Source: Chloroflexota bacterium (GTDB lineage Bacteria; Chloroflexota; UBA11872). From it: 64,000 nt of DNA. Below are positions 54,369 to 63,696 of this stretch, piece by piece. The stretch spans positions 9 to 64,008 of the forward strand of contig WTFW01000083.1 of assembly GCA_011523785.1 (NCBI GenBank). The letters run 5' to 3'. The position numbers were made by a program, and so were the translations under genes. The notes beneath the pieces are model-generated. The model was not told the DNA's origin and searched no databases. It saw nothing but the letters and a program-made list of their open reading frames with translations. The stretch's first letter is position 1. The number at the start of each line of letters is the position of its first letter.

Positions 54369-55436
54369 ATGGCTGGGGTCGACAGAGCGCCACCCGGCGA
54401 AGCGACCGCATCGTCGCGCAAGCCGCTCTCCTTGATTTGGCGCCACTATGCTTGGCTCGCGGGGCTTGCGCTGGTTGGCGTGGCGCTGCTTGTGAGCTTG
54501 TTGCTGTGGGGCACGGAGATGGGATTCCCGACGACGGTGTCCACCTCCGAGATTCCGACCGCGGGCGGCGGTTCCATCACGCTGGAGCGCACCGTGCGCG
54601 AAGTGACAAGCGGGGCCATTGACGATGCGGTCAATCGCATCACGAAGGATGGCAGCTGGCTGTTCGACGGACTGAGCGCCGCCGTGGACGTTGTGCTCGT
54701 TCAGATTGAAAACGGCCTCAAGTGGGTGCCCTGGCCGGCGATTGTGACCGGGCTTGCGTTCCTTTCCTTCGCCGCGGGTGGGTGGCGGCTGGTGGGATTC
54801 ACGGCGGCCGCGCTGCTGTTCGTGGGCTTCATGGACTTGTGGGAAAACATGATCGACACCATTGCGCTGATGGTGGTGGCGGTGGTGATTGCCGTAGTTG
54901 GCGGCCTTCCTCTGGGAATCTTGAGTTCGCGGAGTCAGCTTGCCGACAACCTGATGCGCCCGATTCTTGACGCGATGCAAACCATGCCCAGCTTCGTCTA
55001 CCTGCTGCCGGGCATCCTGGCCTTCGGCCTGGGGAAGCCGGCCGGGATTTTCGCCACGATCATTTACGCCGTGCCGCCCGTCATCCGCCTGACCAATCTG
55101 GGGATCCGCCAGGTTCCGAGTGAGACGATTGAAGCCGTTCGATCATTCGGCGCGTCACCGCTGCAGCTACTTACGAAAGTCCAGATTCCCATGGCCCTGC
55201 CGACGATCATGGCGGGAATCAATCAAACGACCCTGATGGCCCTGTCCATGGTGACCATCGCCAGCATGGTGGCTGCCGGCGGCCTGGGTGACAACGTGCT
55301 ACGGGCGCTGCAAAAGAACGAGCCGGGCAATGGGGCAATTGCAGGACTGTCCATCGTGTTTCTGGCCATCATCATCGACCGCCTCACGCAAGCCGTGTCT
55401 CGCAGTCGGCAAGAGATGCTTCGTTCAGTAGGATAG
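54369..55436 (+). CDS. proW: Glycine betaine/proline ABC transporter permease
   Basis: 355 aa. MQTMPSFVYLLPGILAFGLGKPAGIFATIIYAVPPVIRLTNLGIRQV is typical of ProW/OpuAB. Confidence 0.9.
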   Translation: MAGVDRAPPGEATASSRKPLSLIWRHYAWLAGLALVGVALLVSLLLWGTEMGFPTTVSTSEIPTAGGGSITLERTVREVTSGAIDDAVNRITKDGSWLFDGLSAAVDVVLVQIENGLKWVPWPAIVTGLAFLSFAAGGWRLVGFTAAALLFVGFMDLWENMIDTIALMVVAVVIAVVGGLPLGILSSRSQLADNLMRPILDAMQTMPSFVYLLPGILAFGLGKPAGIFATIIYAVPPVIRLTNLGIRQVPSETIEAVRSFGASPLQLLTKVQIPMALPTIMAGINQTTLMALSMVTIASMVAAGGLGDNVLRALQKNEPGNGAIAGLSIVFLAIIIDRLTQAVSRSRQEMLRSVG

Positions 55437-55511
55437 TTGCTCTAACAGTACAGACATTTGGTTGCTCTAACAGTGCAGAAATTTAGTTGCTCTAGCCGTA
55501 CAGATAATATT
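55437..55511 (+). repeat. Three tandem 25-bp direct repeats immediately after the proW stop
   Basis: gttgctctaacagtacagacatttg / gttgctctaacagtgcagaaattta / gttgctctagccgtacagataatat. AT-rich relative to the surroundings. Confidence 0.85.
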
Positions 55512-55721
55512 GTGTCAGACAGGTGATCTCGTGGCCGTTTTCGCATGGGTTTGACGAGGCTGTATTGATCAGTTAGACTCAGCGTGAGAGTCGCACTTTG
55601 CAGACTGTGCAAAATGCTCTGTTGTGCAAAGCAGCAGCACTGATTTCCCAACATCGGTTTGCGGCAGACCGAAACCATGGATGGCTGTTCATGCCGTCCC
55701 GTGAGGAGTGGAGGATATTCC

Positions 55722-56894
55722 ATGAAACACTTCAGTAGGCGGCGAATCCTGCAGCTGGGGACGCTCGGCGTTGCCGGCGGGGTTATTGCAGCCGCGTGCG
55801 GCGAGACGCAGGTTGTCGAGAAGATTGTCACGCAACAGGTTGAAGTCGAGAAGATCATTGAAAAGGAAGTGCCTGTCGAGAAGGTCGTCGAGAAGATCGT
55901 CACTCAGGAAGTGGTTGTCGAAAAGGTCGTCGAGAAGATGGTCGAGGCACCCGCCGCAGAGAAGCGGACACTCGTCTTCAGCGACCTCAACTGGACCAGC
56001 GCCCAGATACAGAACCGGATTGCCCAATACATCGTTGAGAAGGGCTACGGATATCCCACGGACGTAGTGTTCGGAGCTACGCTCCCGTTGTTTCAGGGCC
56101 TGCGCCGCGGTGACAGCCACATCACCATGGAAATCTGGCTGCCCAACCAGGATGAAGCCTGGGCAGAGGCGCAGACGGCGGGTGAGGTGGTTTCTATTGG
56201 CGAGAGTCTGGGGAAGGACTGGCAGTCGGCGTTTGTCATTCCTGCCTACCTGCAGGAAGAGTATCCGGACTTGGACAGCGTTGAGGACCTTAAGGAGGAG
56301 CAGTACAAGGCGTTGTTCCGAACGACGGAATCGGGAGACAAAGCGCGACTCGTTTCATGTGTAATTGGTTGGGCCTGTGAAGAGGTGAACGCCGCTCAGA
56401 TTGAGGCCTACGGCCTGTCGGATCATGTGCATATCGTCAATCCGGGTGACGGGGCGGCCGCGAATGCCGACCTGTACGGCGCCTATGAGCGGGGCGAGCC
56501 CTGGCTTGGGTACCAATGGGGCACGAACGACCCGTCGCTGGTGCTAGACCTCGTGCGGCTCACGGAGCCCGAATACACGGACGAATGCTGGTTCACCACC
56601 AAGGCCTGCGCGTACGAAGACGCAACCATCTTGATCGCGGTGCATCCCGACGTTCTGACCGCCGCGCCCGATGTGGTGGAGATGTTGAGGGCCTGGGGCC
56701 TCAACATTCAGGTCTATAGCACAATTGCCCAATGGCAACGAGAAAACGACGGCGCGAGCTCCAACGACGCCGCCCTCTGGTGGCTGAAGAGCAACCCCGA
56801 TATCTGGACCGGGTGGGTTACGGCTGACGCGGCAACCGCTATCCAGTCTGCCCTGGACGCCAACGAGACGCCTGACGGTTGGCCGGTGGAATAG
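55722..56894 (+). CDS. proX: Glycine betaine ABC transporter substrate-binding lipoprotein (OpuAC/ProX family) with a VEK-rich tether
   Basis: Tat-like signal plus lipobox (RRRILQLGTLGVAGGVIAAAC) and the OpuAC-like core (FSDLNWTSAQIQNRIAQYIVEKGYGYP). GAGGAGTGGAGGA SD upstream of ATG 55722. Confidence 0.88.
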   Translation: MKHFSRRRILQLGTLGVAGGVIAAACGETQVVEKIVTQQVEVEKIIEKEVPVEKVVEKIVTQEVVVEKVVEKMVEAPAAEKRTLVFSDLNWTSAQIQNRIAQYIVEKGYGYPTDVVFGATLPLFQGLRRGDSHITMEIWLPNQDEAWAEAQTAGEVVSIGESLGKDWQSAFVIPAYLQEEYPDLDSVEDLKEEQYKALFRTTESGDKARLVSCVIGWACEEVNAAQIEAYGLSDHVHIVNPGDGAAANADLYGAYERGEPWLGYQWGTNDPSLVLDLVRLTEPEYTDECWFTTKACAYEDATILIAVHPDVLTAAPDVVEMLRAWGLNIQVYSTIAQWQRENDGASSNDAALWWLKSNPDIWTGWVTADAATAIQSALDANETPDGWPVE

Positions 56895-56910
56895 AACACC
56901 GCTCCGCCGC

Positions 56911-56944
56911 CGCTGGCCCCAGGTACGCGTACCTGGGGCCAGCG
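56911..56944. terminator. Perfect 34-nt GC-rich palindrome after proX; terminator hairpin
   Basis: cgctggccccaggtacgcgtacctggggccagcg equals its own reverse complement. Confidence 0.7.
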
Positions 56945-57167
56945 GTGTGGAAGAAAACGATATGCGTGGCCAGCTTTAAAGTTCAGGTTATGTCAAGCAA
57001 TTTGGTGTAATTTTGCGCTGGCTCTTATAATTGACCTTGCGCGCCGCATCCGGCGCGATCTTCTCCCCACACTGTCAACCCACTCGTCGCGCCTCCGAAC
57101 ACGCGCCTGCGCCGACGATGACCCGCCCCCGCGCGCTGGCCGCGCGCCCTGTCAGGACTAACCCACC

Positions 57168-60100
57168 GTGAGCCGAGCACTTGATCGTCTGCGAACAGCC
57201 TTTGGCCAGCCCGACCCCGAATTTGCGCCGCTGGCGCTCTGGTTTTGGAACGGCCGGCTGCACGAAGCCGAAATTGGTCGACAGATCAAGGAGTTCGCGG
57301 ACAAGGGCTTCGGCGGCGTGTTCATGCACGCCCGCGAGAGCCTGCAGACCCCATACTTTGGCGAGCGGTGGTGGGACGCGGTGGACTATGCCGTCCGCAA
57401 GGGTCGCGACGCCGGCCTCAAGACCTGGATCTACGACGAATACGCCTGGCCCAGCGGACCCGCGGGTTCGCCCGGCGGCCGCAACGGTCAGACCGAGTCC
57501 GCCGTGCTGGCCCAGGGCAGCGAGCACCACGCCAAGACCCTGACACGCATGTTCCACGATGTCGAAGGTCCGGCTGAGGTTGGGCTGGAAGGCCGCTTTC
57601 CAGCCGGTACGCCGTTGATCCAGGTTGCCGCCCGGCTGGATGCGAGCGGCGATTTGGACCCCGAGACACTGGTGGACGTGACCAAGCTGAATACCTGGGA
57701 GTGCCCCGAGGGCGTCTGGCGTGTTTTCGGCTTCTCCGTTCGAACCGCTGACGACCGGATCGACTACCTGCGCCCAGCGACGGTCAAGGCCTTCCTGGAC
57801 GCCGCCTACGAACGCTACGCCGAGCGCCACGCGGAGGCATTTGGCGACGGCATTCCCGGCGTCTTTTTCGACGAGCCGTACATCGCCGCCGAGCCAATGC
57901 CCTGGACCGATGACCTGCCGGCCCGGTTCAAGAAGGACAAGGGATATGACCTGCTGACCTCACTCCCGCTACTTGTGCTGCGCGGCGGGAACGACACCGT
58001 CAAGGTTCGCTGTGACTTCTATGAAACGGTGGCCGCGCTATACGAGGAGGCGTGGTTCGCGCAGATCAGCGCGTGGTGCCAGCGCCGCGGCCTGGAGTGG
58101 ACGGGGCACACCGAAGAGCACGTGGCCTCCCATCCGGCCCGGCAGGGCGACTACTTCCGCGGCCTGCGCCACCTCTCGATCCCGGGCACCGACCATCACG
58201 GATTTCGCTACGCCAGACCGCGAACGGTGCAGGCGGCGGAGGTCAAGCCGGCCGTATCGGTTGCGGCCATGATGGGTCGGCCACGGGTGATGGCCGAAGC
58301 CTTTGGCGGCGCCGGCTGGGGCGTGACGCTGGACGAGATTCGGCACGGCGCCAACCTGCTGGCCGCCTACGGCGTGAACATGCAGGTGCTGCACGGGCTC
58401 TTCTATTCGATGGCCACCGCTGAAGCTGCGGACGACTGGCCGCCCAGCCTGGGTCATCAGAATCCGTTTTGGCCGCACTTCAAAGGCGTGTCCGACTACA
58501 TCGCCCGCTTGTCGGCGGTGGTGGGACATTCGAGATCCGCAACCACGGTCGGCGTGCTCTATCCCTGGACCAGCATCGCCGCCAATACCGCTAACGGCCG
58601 GCCCAACGCGCGAGCGCGCGAGATTTCGGAGGCGTACGAGGGTCTGATTGACGGGCTGAGCGACCGCAATATCGACGTGCAGATTGTGGACGAACAGTTC
58701 ATTAGCCACGGGAACGCACGCCTTGAGAATGGCCGCCTCCGGCAGGGTGCGCTGACCGTGACGAGCCTGATCCTGCCGCCGACCCCTGTCATCGGTCCAC
58801 GGGCGATGCGCCGGCTGGGCGCCTTTGTGCGCTCGGGCGGCCAGCTCATCGTGATGGGCGAGTGCCCATCGGGCAGCAGTGAGGGCGGTTGGAGACATCG
58901 CCCGATCACACGCGCGGTACGAGAGCTCTTTACCGACGCCTCCCAGACGCCGGAGGGCGCGGCCGTCCGCAAGGGCCGCACATTCCAGGTTCCGGAGCAG
59001 TTGCCCGACGCGCTCGACCGGATCGCCCAGATCCTCGCCCCCGGCACGACGGTCGACAGCGAGGCCAACGTGATCGTCGTACCGCGTCAGCTCGATGGCG
59101 CCGAAGTGCTGCTGGTCGTCAATCGATCCCCGGACGAGGCAACCGCCACCGTTACCACGGATGTGCCCGGGCGCCCCGAGTCCTGGGATCCTGAAACCGG
59201 CAATACCGAGCCGCTGGCGACGACCAGATCGCGCCGCCGACGCCGATTTACGTTGGACCTGCCGCCCCGCGCGGCCCGCGTTGTGGTCTTTGACACCTCG
59301 GTCCGGGCCTCGCGCCAACGCGCACCCCGCGAAACGAAACGGCAGCAGAAGGATCTGGAGTTCAAGACGGACTGGACCTTCGCGCTGGACGGTGGGATTC
59401 CGACCGGCCAGGGATCGATTCGGCGTTTCGAACTGCCGGTGATGCGCGTCGCCAGCTTCTCGTTGGGCTCGGGCCGCCTGGAGCAGCTGCGCGACCCGGA
59501 ATTCAATGACTCCGAGTGGCCCGAGACCTGGCTGGCGCAGGCCGGGGCCGACACCATTGGCAACTGGCGAGCCAGTTGGATCACCGGGGTCCGGAAGCAC
59601 GGCGGCTGGGCCGTCAAGCGAACCAGCGATCAACACCGGCGACTGCGGTTCATACGCACGATCGATCTGACCGAGCCGCCCATTAAGGCGTGGGCAACGT
59701 TTGTGGGCGTGGACCGCGTGGCCGTGTACATGAACGGCACGCAACTGGGCGAGTCGGAGGACTGGTCCAGCCCCGTGACCTACAACATCATGCCCTACCT
59801 GCGTCCAGGCCAGAACACGATCGTCGCCGACGTGGAGTGTGCGTCCGACGCGCCGATTTCATTCCTCTTCGAAGGGCAGATCGATCTGCGTTCGGGAGGC
59901 TCCATCGCCATCGTGTCCGACGACGAGTGGGAGGTTCAGGCCCCGCCGAGCGAGGTGTGGTCCGGTCTGGCGTATGAGCGCGACACGCCGCTGGTGACCT
60001 GGGAGCGCGGCCGCCCGCCGGTTGAGCCCTGGCGGCACATCCCGCTGCTGGGCGAGCCGGTCGCCTTCCCTCGGACGCTCGTGTACCGGCAGCGCCTGCC

Positions 60101-60725
60101 GGCGGGCTGCGTTGGCATTGGCATTCCCAACATCAAGGGCGCCCACAAGGTCTACGTGGATGTCCGGGAACGCACCCCCGACATTCAGGGCATCTACAAC
60201 ATCACGACCGGCCGGATGCTGACGGTGGAGATCGAGGCGGCCGAGTTTTCCAACGGCATCCTGGCGCCGCTAGCGCTGTTTACGCGGCCCACGACCGTGG
60301 CGCTGCAGCCGTGGGCCAACTTTGGCTACGGCTGGTATTCCGGCACCGGCGTCTATGAGCGCAGCTTCGATCTCACGGCCGAACAGGCGAATTCGGAGGT
60401 GACGCTGGACCTGGGCGACGTGCGCCATCACGCGGAGGTATTCGTCAACAATCGGCGCGTCGACGTGCGGCTCTGGCCGCCCTACCGATTCGAACTCAGC
60501 GACTTCGTTCAGACCGGGTCCAACAACCTGCGCGTGCGCGTGAGCAACCTCTACGCGAACGAGATGCGCTGGAAGCGGGACGAGACGAAGATGGGGAACG
60601 CCTGGCACCGCTACTGGCACGAGGACAATATTGAGGCCGAGTCGCTCGTCTCAGGACTCCTTGGCCCGGTGCAACTGCGAGTGAATCAGCCGCCGCCTGC
60701 GCCGACCGAGGCCGCGGGCGACTGA
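57168..60725 (+). CDS. Very large putative glycoside hydrolase (glycosylhydrolase-like jelly-roll / GH2-type sugar-binding domains)
   Basis: 1185 aa. N-terminus APLALWFWNGRLHEAEIGRQIKEFADKGFGGVFMHAR is typical of an uncharacterised glycosyl hydrolase family. C-terminal galactose-binding-like region (EVFVNNRRVDVRLWPPYRFELSDFV). GTG start. Confidence 0.7.
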   Translation: MSRALDRLRTAFGQPDPEFAPLALWFWNGRLHEAEIGRQIKEFADKGFGGVFMHARESLQTPYFGERWWDAVDYAVRKGRDAGLKTWIYDEYAWPSGPAGSPGGRNGQTESAVLAQGSEHHAKTLTRMFHDVEGPAEVGLEGRFPAGTPLIQVAARLDASGDLDPETLVDVTKLNTWECPEGVWRVFGFSVRTADDRIDYLRPATVKAFLDAAYERYAERHAEAFGDGIPGVFFDEPYIAAEPMPWTDDLPARFKKDKGYDLLTSLPLLVLRGGNDTVKVRCDFYETVAALYEEAWFAQISAWCQRRGLEWTGHTEEHVASHPARQGDYFRGLRHLSIPGTDHHGFRYARPRTVQAAEVKPAVSVAAMMGRPRVMAEAFGGAGWGVTLDEIRHGANLLAAYGVNMQVLHGLFYSMATAEAADDWPPSLGHQNPFWPHFKGVSDYIARLSAVVGHSRSATTVGVLYPWTSIAANTANGRPNARAREISEAYEGLIDGLSDRNIDVQIVDEQFISHGNARLENGRLRQGALTVTSLILPPTPVIGPRAMRRLGAFVRSGGQLIVMGECPSGSSEGGWRHRPITRAVRELFTDASQTPEGAAVRKGRTFQVPEQLPDALDRIAQILAPGTTVDSEANVIVVPRQLDGAEVLLVVNRSPDEATATVTTDVPGRPESWDPETGNTEPLATTRSRRRRRFTLDLPPRAARVVVFDTSVRASRQRAPRETKRQQKDLEFKTDWTFALDGGIPTGQGSIRRFELPVMRVASFSLGSGRLEQLRDPEFNDSEWPETWLAQAGADTIGNWRASWITGVRKHGGWAVKRTSDQHRRLRFIRTIDLTEPPIKAWATFVGVDRVAVYMNGTQLGESEDWSSPVTYNIMPYLRPGQNTIVADVECASDAPISFLFEGQIDLRSGGSIAIVSDDEWEVQAPPSEVWSGLAYERDTPLVTWERGRPPVEPWRHIPLLGEPVAFPRTLVYRQRLPAGCVGIGIPNIKGAHKVYVDVRERTPDIQGIYNITTGRMLTVEIEAAEFSNGILAPLALFTRPTTVALQPWANFGYGWYSGTGVYERSFDLTAEQANSEVTLDLGDVRHHAEVFVNNRRVDVRLWPPYRFELSDFVQTGSNNLRVRVSNLYANEMRWKRDETKMGNAWHRYWHEDNIEAESLVSGLLGPVQLRVNQPPPAPTEAAGD

Positions 60726-61357
60726 CCAAGGCCCGCGTAGTTGCGCACGAAGTTGTAGATGCGGCCTTTGTCGTAGGCGTCCAGGCGCTCGATCCGGCCC
60801 CAGGCCGTCAGCGCCACCGCCGTCTCGGCCGGCAGGCCGGCGTCCGGCTGCACGATCACGTCGTGTCCCTCGAACTCGGCGGCGAGTTGCCGCATTTCGG
60901 CTTCCAACCCAGCGTCCTTGAAGTGAACGATCACGAAGCCACGGGAGAGATTGGCGACCTGAATCTCGTCCACCAGGGTGTCAGTCCGGTAGCCATGCGC
61001 GGCCAGTTGCGTCACGTGCGGACCGGAGGTGGGCGGATCGGTGGCGTATGGCTCGTGCGGGTCGTTGACCGAGTTCAGGATCGTGGCTGCCTGCTGGTCC
61101 GTCTCCTCGCCGGGACCAGGAGGGCTGGCCTGATTCAAGCAATACAGGTTGAGCGGGATGAAGAGGGCCATTACCGCAATCATGTATAGCCAGAATCCGC
61201 GACCCAGGCCGCCCTTTTGCTGGTTGCCCTGTCGACCCTTGCGCTGCTCGCGTTGTTTGCCCTTGGCACCGTTCGACGCGCGGCTGCTCTTGGCGGCGGC
61301 GCTGGACTGGCCGCCACCGGACTGGCGGCGGGTACGACGACGGCGGCGCGATGCCAT
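60686..61357 (-). CDS. DUF3105-domain membrane-anchored protein
   Basis: Basic N-terminus, one TM segment, then YATDPPTSGPHV and NLSRGFVIVHF motifs typical of DUF3105. Its 3' end overlaps the convergent hydrolase gene by 40 nt. Confidence 0.8.
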   Translation of the reverse strand: MASRRRRRTRRQSGGGQSSAAAKSSRASNGAKGKQREQRKGRQGNQQKGGLGRGFWLYMIAVMALFIPLNLYCLNQASPPGPGEETDQQAATILNSVNDPHEPYATDPPTSGPHVTQLAAHGYRTDTLVDEIQVANLSRGFVIVHFKDAGLEAEMRQLAAEFEGHDVIVQPDAGLPAETAVALTAWGRIERLDAYDKGRIYNFVRNYAGLGQSPAASVGAGGG

Positions 61358-61405
61358 AGGGGTTCACCTGCGGACGGACTGCCGCGAGTATAGGGAAGCC
61401 GGGCC

Positions 61406-63307
61406 ATGGCCTCGTTACCATGTGCGCGTTCGCGCACCAACGGGCGATTGCCGCCTGTGTCGCCTGCCCCGCGTCTAGCGCCGACTGGCCGCCGGATCGG
61501 TCGTCGAACGATCCTGGCAGCTGCCGCCGTAAGTCTCCCATCCATCCTGGCCAGCCGGGTTGGCGCCTTGCCCGGACTCGGACGTACCACGGTGCGCCGC
61601 GTCGCGTTTGATGCGGCCCTGGGCCACAACATTGCCGACCTGACCATTCGTCTCCACGGGGTTGCACGCGCGGCCAACCTGCTGGCGTTCTACAACGCCT
61701 CGGGCGGCCTTTCGCGCTGGGGCCACGCGGTTTCCGAACCGCTGATCGAAAACGACATGCTGGTCCAATACTTCCAGCGAGGCGTGATGGAGTGGTCCGG
61801 CGAAGCGTCCAGCGCTGGACCTGTGCCGCGCCTCGTTTGGGACTTCATCGGCGGTGGTCTGGAAGGCAGCACCGACCTGGGCTTCGAAGAGGGAACGGTA
61901 AACCCGCACGTCGGTCTCCCCCTCGGTCCCTTTGGACATGTGGTTTCGAACCAGTCGGTCGAAGGCGAGGACACCGGGTTTCTTGATGCGTTTCGAACGT
62001 TGGGCGGCGCGGCTGGACTGGGATTTCCCAAGACGGAGGCCCGACGCGACACCGGCGAGCCGGGCACGGTAATTGATCCGACTGCGGAAGCGGGCGTCAT
62101 CCGGCAGTATTTTCAGGCGGGCGTCCTGGAATTCGCCCCCGGCCACGCCGAACCGGTGCGCCTCAGGCTCAGCGGCGACACCGTTCGAAATTTGGTCTAT
62201 CCCGCCGGCCTGTGGACGCTGCTTCGCAGCTTTCGGCCAACCAGCCCGCTCAGCGCAGGAGAGCGCATTGATCTGGAGGTGCTTGAACGCCGGGTAGGCG
62301 CGGTGGTCGCCGGCGCACCCCGGCCCCCGGCCGGCTTCAGCATTGAAACGGTACTCAGCACAGCCGACCTCGGGCTGCCGGTTGCCCTGGCCTACGGTCT
62401 GGACGACCGGCTCTACATTTCGATGTCGAACAACGCGATCCTCACCCACGCTGGAATCGCCGGCGCCGAAGCCCCGGTGGCGTTTGCCCAGGGACTGGAT
62501 CCGCTGGGAGTGGACGAGCCACGCGGCGTTGCCTCTATCGGCGACGCCGTGTACGCCTCGGTGCGACAGAAAGTCATCCGGCTGCGTGACACGAGTGGAA
62601 CGGGCGCCGCTGACGAGTCCGTGGAGATCGTGACCGGACTGCCGGAACGGGCCGAACTGCTGCATCGCAACAACGGGATCGCGGCAGGACCGGATGGTCT
62701 GCTGTACCTGGCCGTGGGCAGCACCAGCAACCTTGGGGAAGAGCCGGAGACCGAACTCTCCGGCACAATCCTGCGCATTGCCCCGGACGGATCACGCGTT
62801 GAGGTAGTTGCGCGTGGATTCAGGAACCCATTTGATCTGGCGTTCGCGCCCGATGGCCAACTCTTCTGCACCGACAACGCCCCGGACGTCGCAGTGCGCG
62901 CCGCTGACGACGCGCCGGACGAACTCAACCACGTGATCGAAGGCCGCGACTACGGGCACCCGGACGTCTGGGGCGAGGCGCCCGAGGGCTCTGAAGTCGT
63001 GGGCCCTGTGGCCGCGCTGCCGGCCCACGCCGCGGCTACCGGGATCACGTTTTTCACCGGCCCGCAAGCGGGTGCGTTTGCCGGGGATGCGCTCATCGCC
63101 ACCTGGGGGCCGGGCCTCGGCCGAAGCTCTTATACGCACAATGTCCTGCGCGTCCACCTGGAACCGCAGGGCGAGACCTATATCGGCGACGTACATCCCT
63201 TCGTGACCGGCCTCGACCGCCCCACCGACGTCGTCATCGCACCCGACGGCGCGGTGGTGATCAGTGACCACGTTGGCAGGGTCATCTACCGCGTTACGCG
63301 CCGCTAG
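61406..63307 (+). CDS. PQQ-dependent sugar (glucose/sorbosone) dehydrogenase-like beta-propeller with N-terminal LGFP-type repeats and a Tat-like signal
   Basis: GRRIGRRTILAAAAV signal. LGFP-like repeats (GAAGLGFPKTEA..., VIRQYFQAGVLEF). GFRNPFDLAFAPDGQLFCTDNAPD and DELNHVIEGRDYGHP motifs. Confidence 0.8.
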   Translation: MASLPCARSRTNGRLPPVSPAPRLAPTGRRIGRRTILAAAAVSLPSILASRVGALPGLGRTTVRRVAFDAALGHNIADLTIRLHGVARAANLLAFYNASGGLSRWGHAVSEPLIENDMLVQYFQRGVMEWSGEASSAGPVPRLVWDFIGGGLEGSTDLGFEEGTVNPHVGLPLGPFGHVVSNQSVEGEDTGFLDAFRTLGGAAGLGFPKTEARRDTGEPGTVIDPTAEAGVIRQYFQAGVLEFAPGHAEPVRLRLSGDTVRNLVYPAGLWTLLRSFRPTSPLSAGERIDLEVLERRVGAVVAGAPRPPAGFSIETVLSTADLGLPVALAYGLDDRLYISMSNNAILTHAGIAGAEAPVAFAQGLDPLGVDEPRGVASIGDAVYASVRQKVIRLRDTSGTGAADESVEIVTGLPERAELLHRNNGIAAGPDGLLYLAVGSTSNLGEEPETELSGTILRIAPDGSRVEVVARGFRNPFDLAFAPDGQLFCTDNAPDVAVRAADDAPDELNHVIEGRDYGHPDVWGEAPEGSEVVGPVAALPAHAAATGITFFTGPQAGAFAGDALIATWGPGLGRSSYTHNVLRVHLEPQGETYIGDVHPFVTGLDRPTDVVIAPDGAVVISDHVGRVIYRVTRR

Positions 63308-63357
63308 GTCACGGACCCGCAGCGGATCCAAGTCAAGTGGATCAGGGGCGTGGCGAC

Positions 63358-63696
63358 CTAGGTGCCGGGTTGCCAGTCAAGCGCGCGCTGGAGGTTTGCC
63401 AGATACTCGGCGAAGGCGCGACGGCCGATCGAGGTGGCCTGAATCCACGTGCGCGGCTTGACGCCGTCGAATTCCTTCTCAATGACCAGGTAGCCGGCAT
63501 CTTCCAGCCTGCGCAGATGCGTCGTCAGGTTTCCGCCTGTGAGATTGAGTGTGTCCTGGATGAAGCCATAGGCCAGCCGATCCGTCTCAGGCTGACCAAC
63601 CAACATCGTCATGATTCGCAGCCGAGTGGACTGGTGAATGGTCTCGTTGAGGACGATGGACCCGTCGGTCAATGGTTGTCGCTCCAGCGGATCCAT
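63358..63696 (-). CDS. Winged-helix transcriptional regulator (HTH_45/ArsR-like)
   Basis: 112 aa. TRLRIMTMLV...GGNLTTHLRRLEDAGYLVIEKEF pattern. Confidence 0.8.
   Translation of the reverse strand: MDPLERQPLTDGSIVLNETIHQSTRLRIMTMLVGQPETDRLAYGFIQDTLNLTGGNLTTHLRRLEDAGYLVIEKEFDGVKPRTWIQATSIGRRAFAEYLANLQRALDWQPGT

Noticed and set aside
55437-55511. Three 25-bp repeats considered as a mini-CRISPR
   Set aside because: The units are directly adjacent with no spacers, there are only three copies, they diverge, and there are no cas genes.
57002-57031. Promoter for the large hydrolase gene (TTGGTG-18 nt-TATAAT)
   Set aside because: The -10 box is perfect but the -35 is weak, and the element lies 137 nt upstream of the GTG. 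It is plausible but too weakly supported to list as a feature.
58038-59744. 568-aa ORF antisense to the large glycoside hydrolase gene
   Set aside because: Shadow ORF, for the same reasoning as the other antisense frames.
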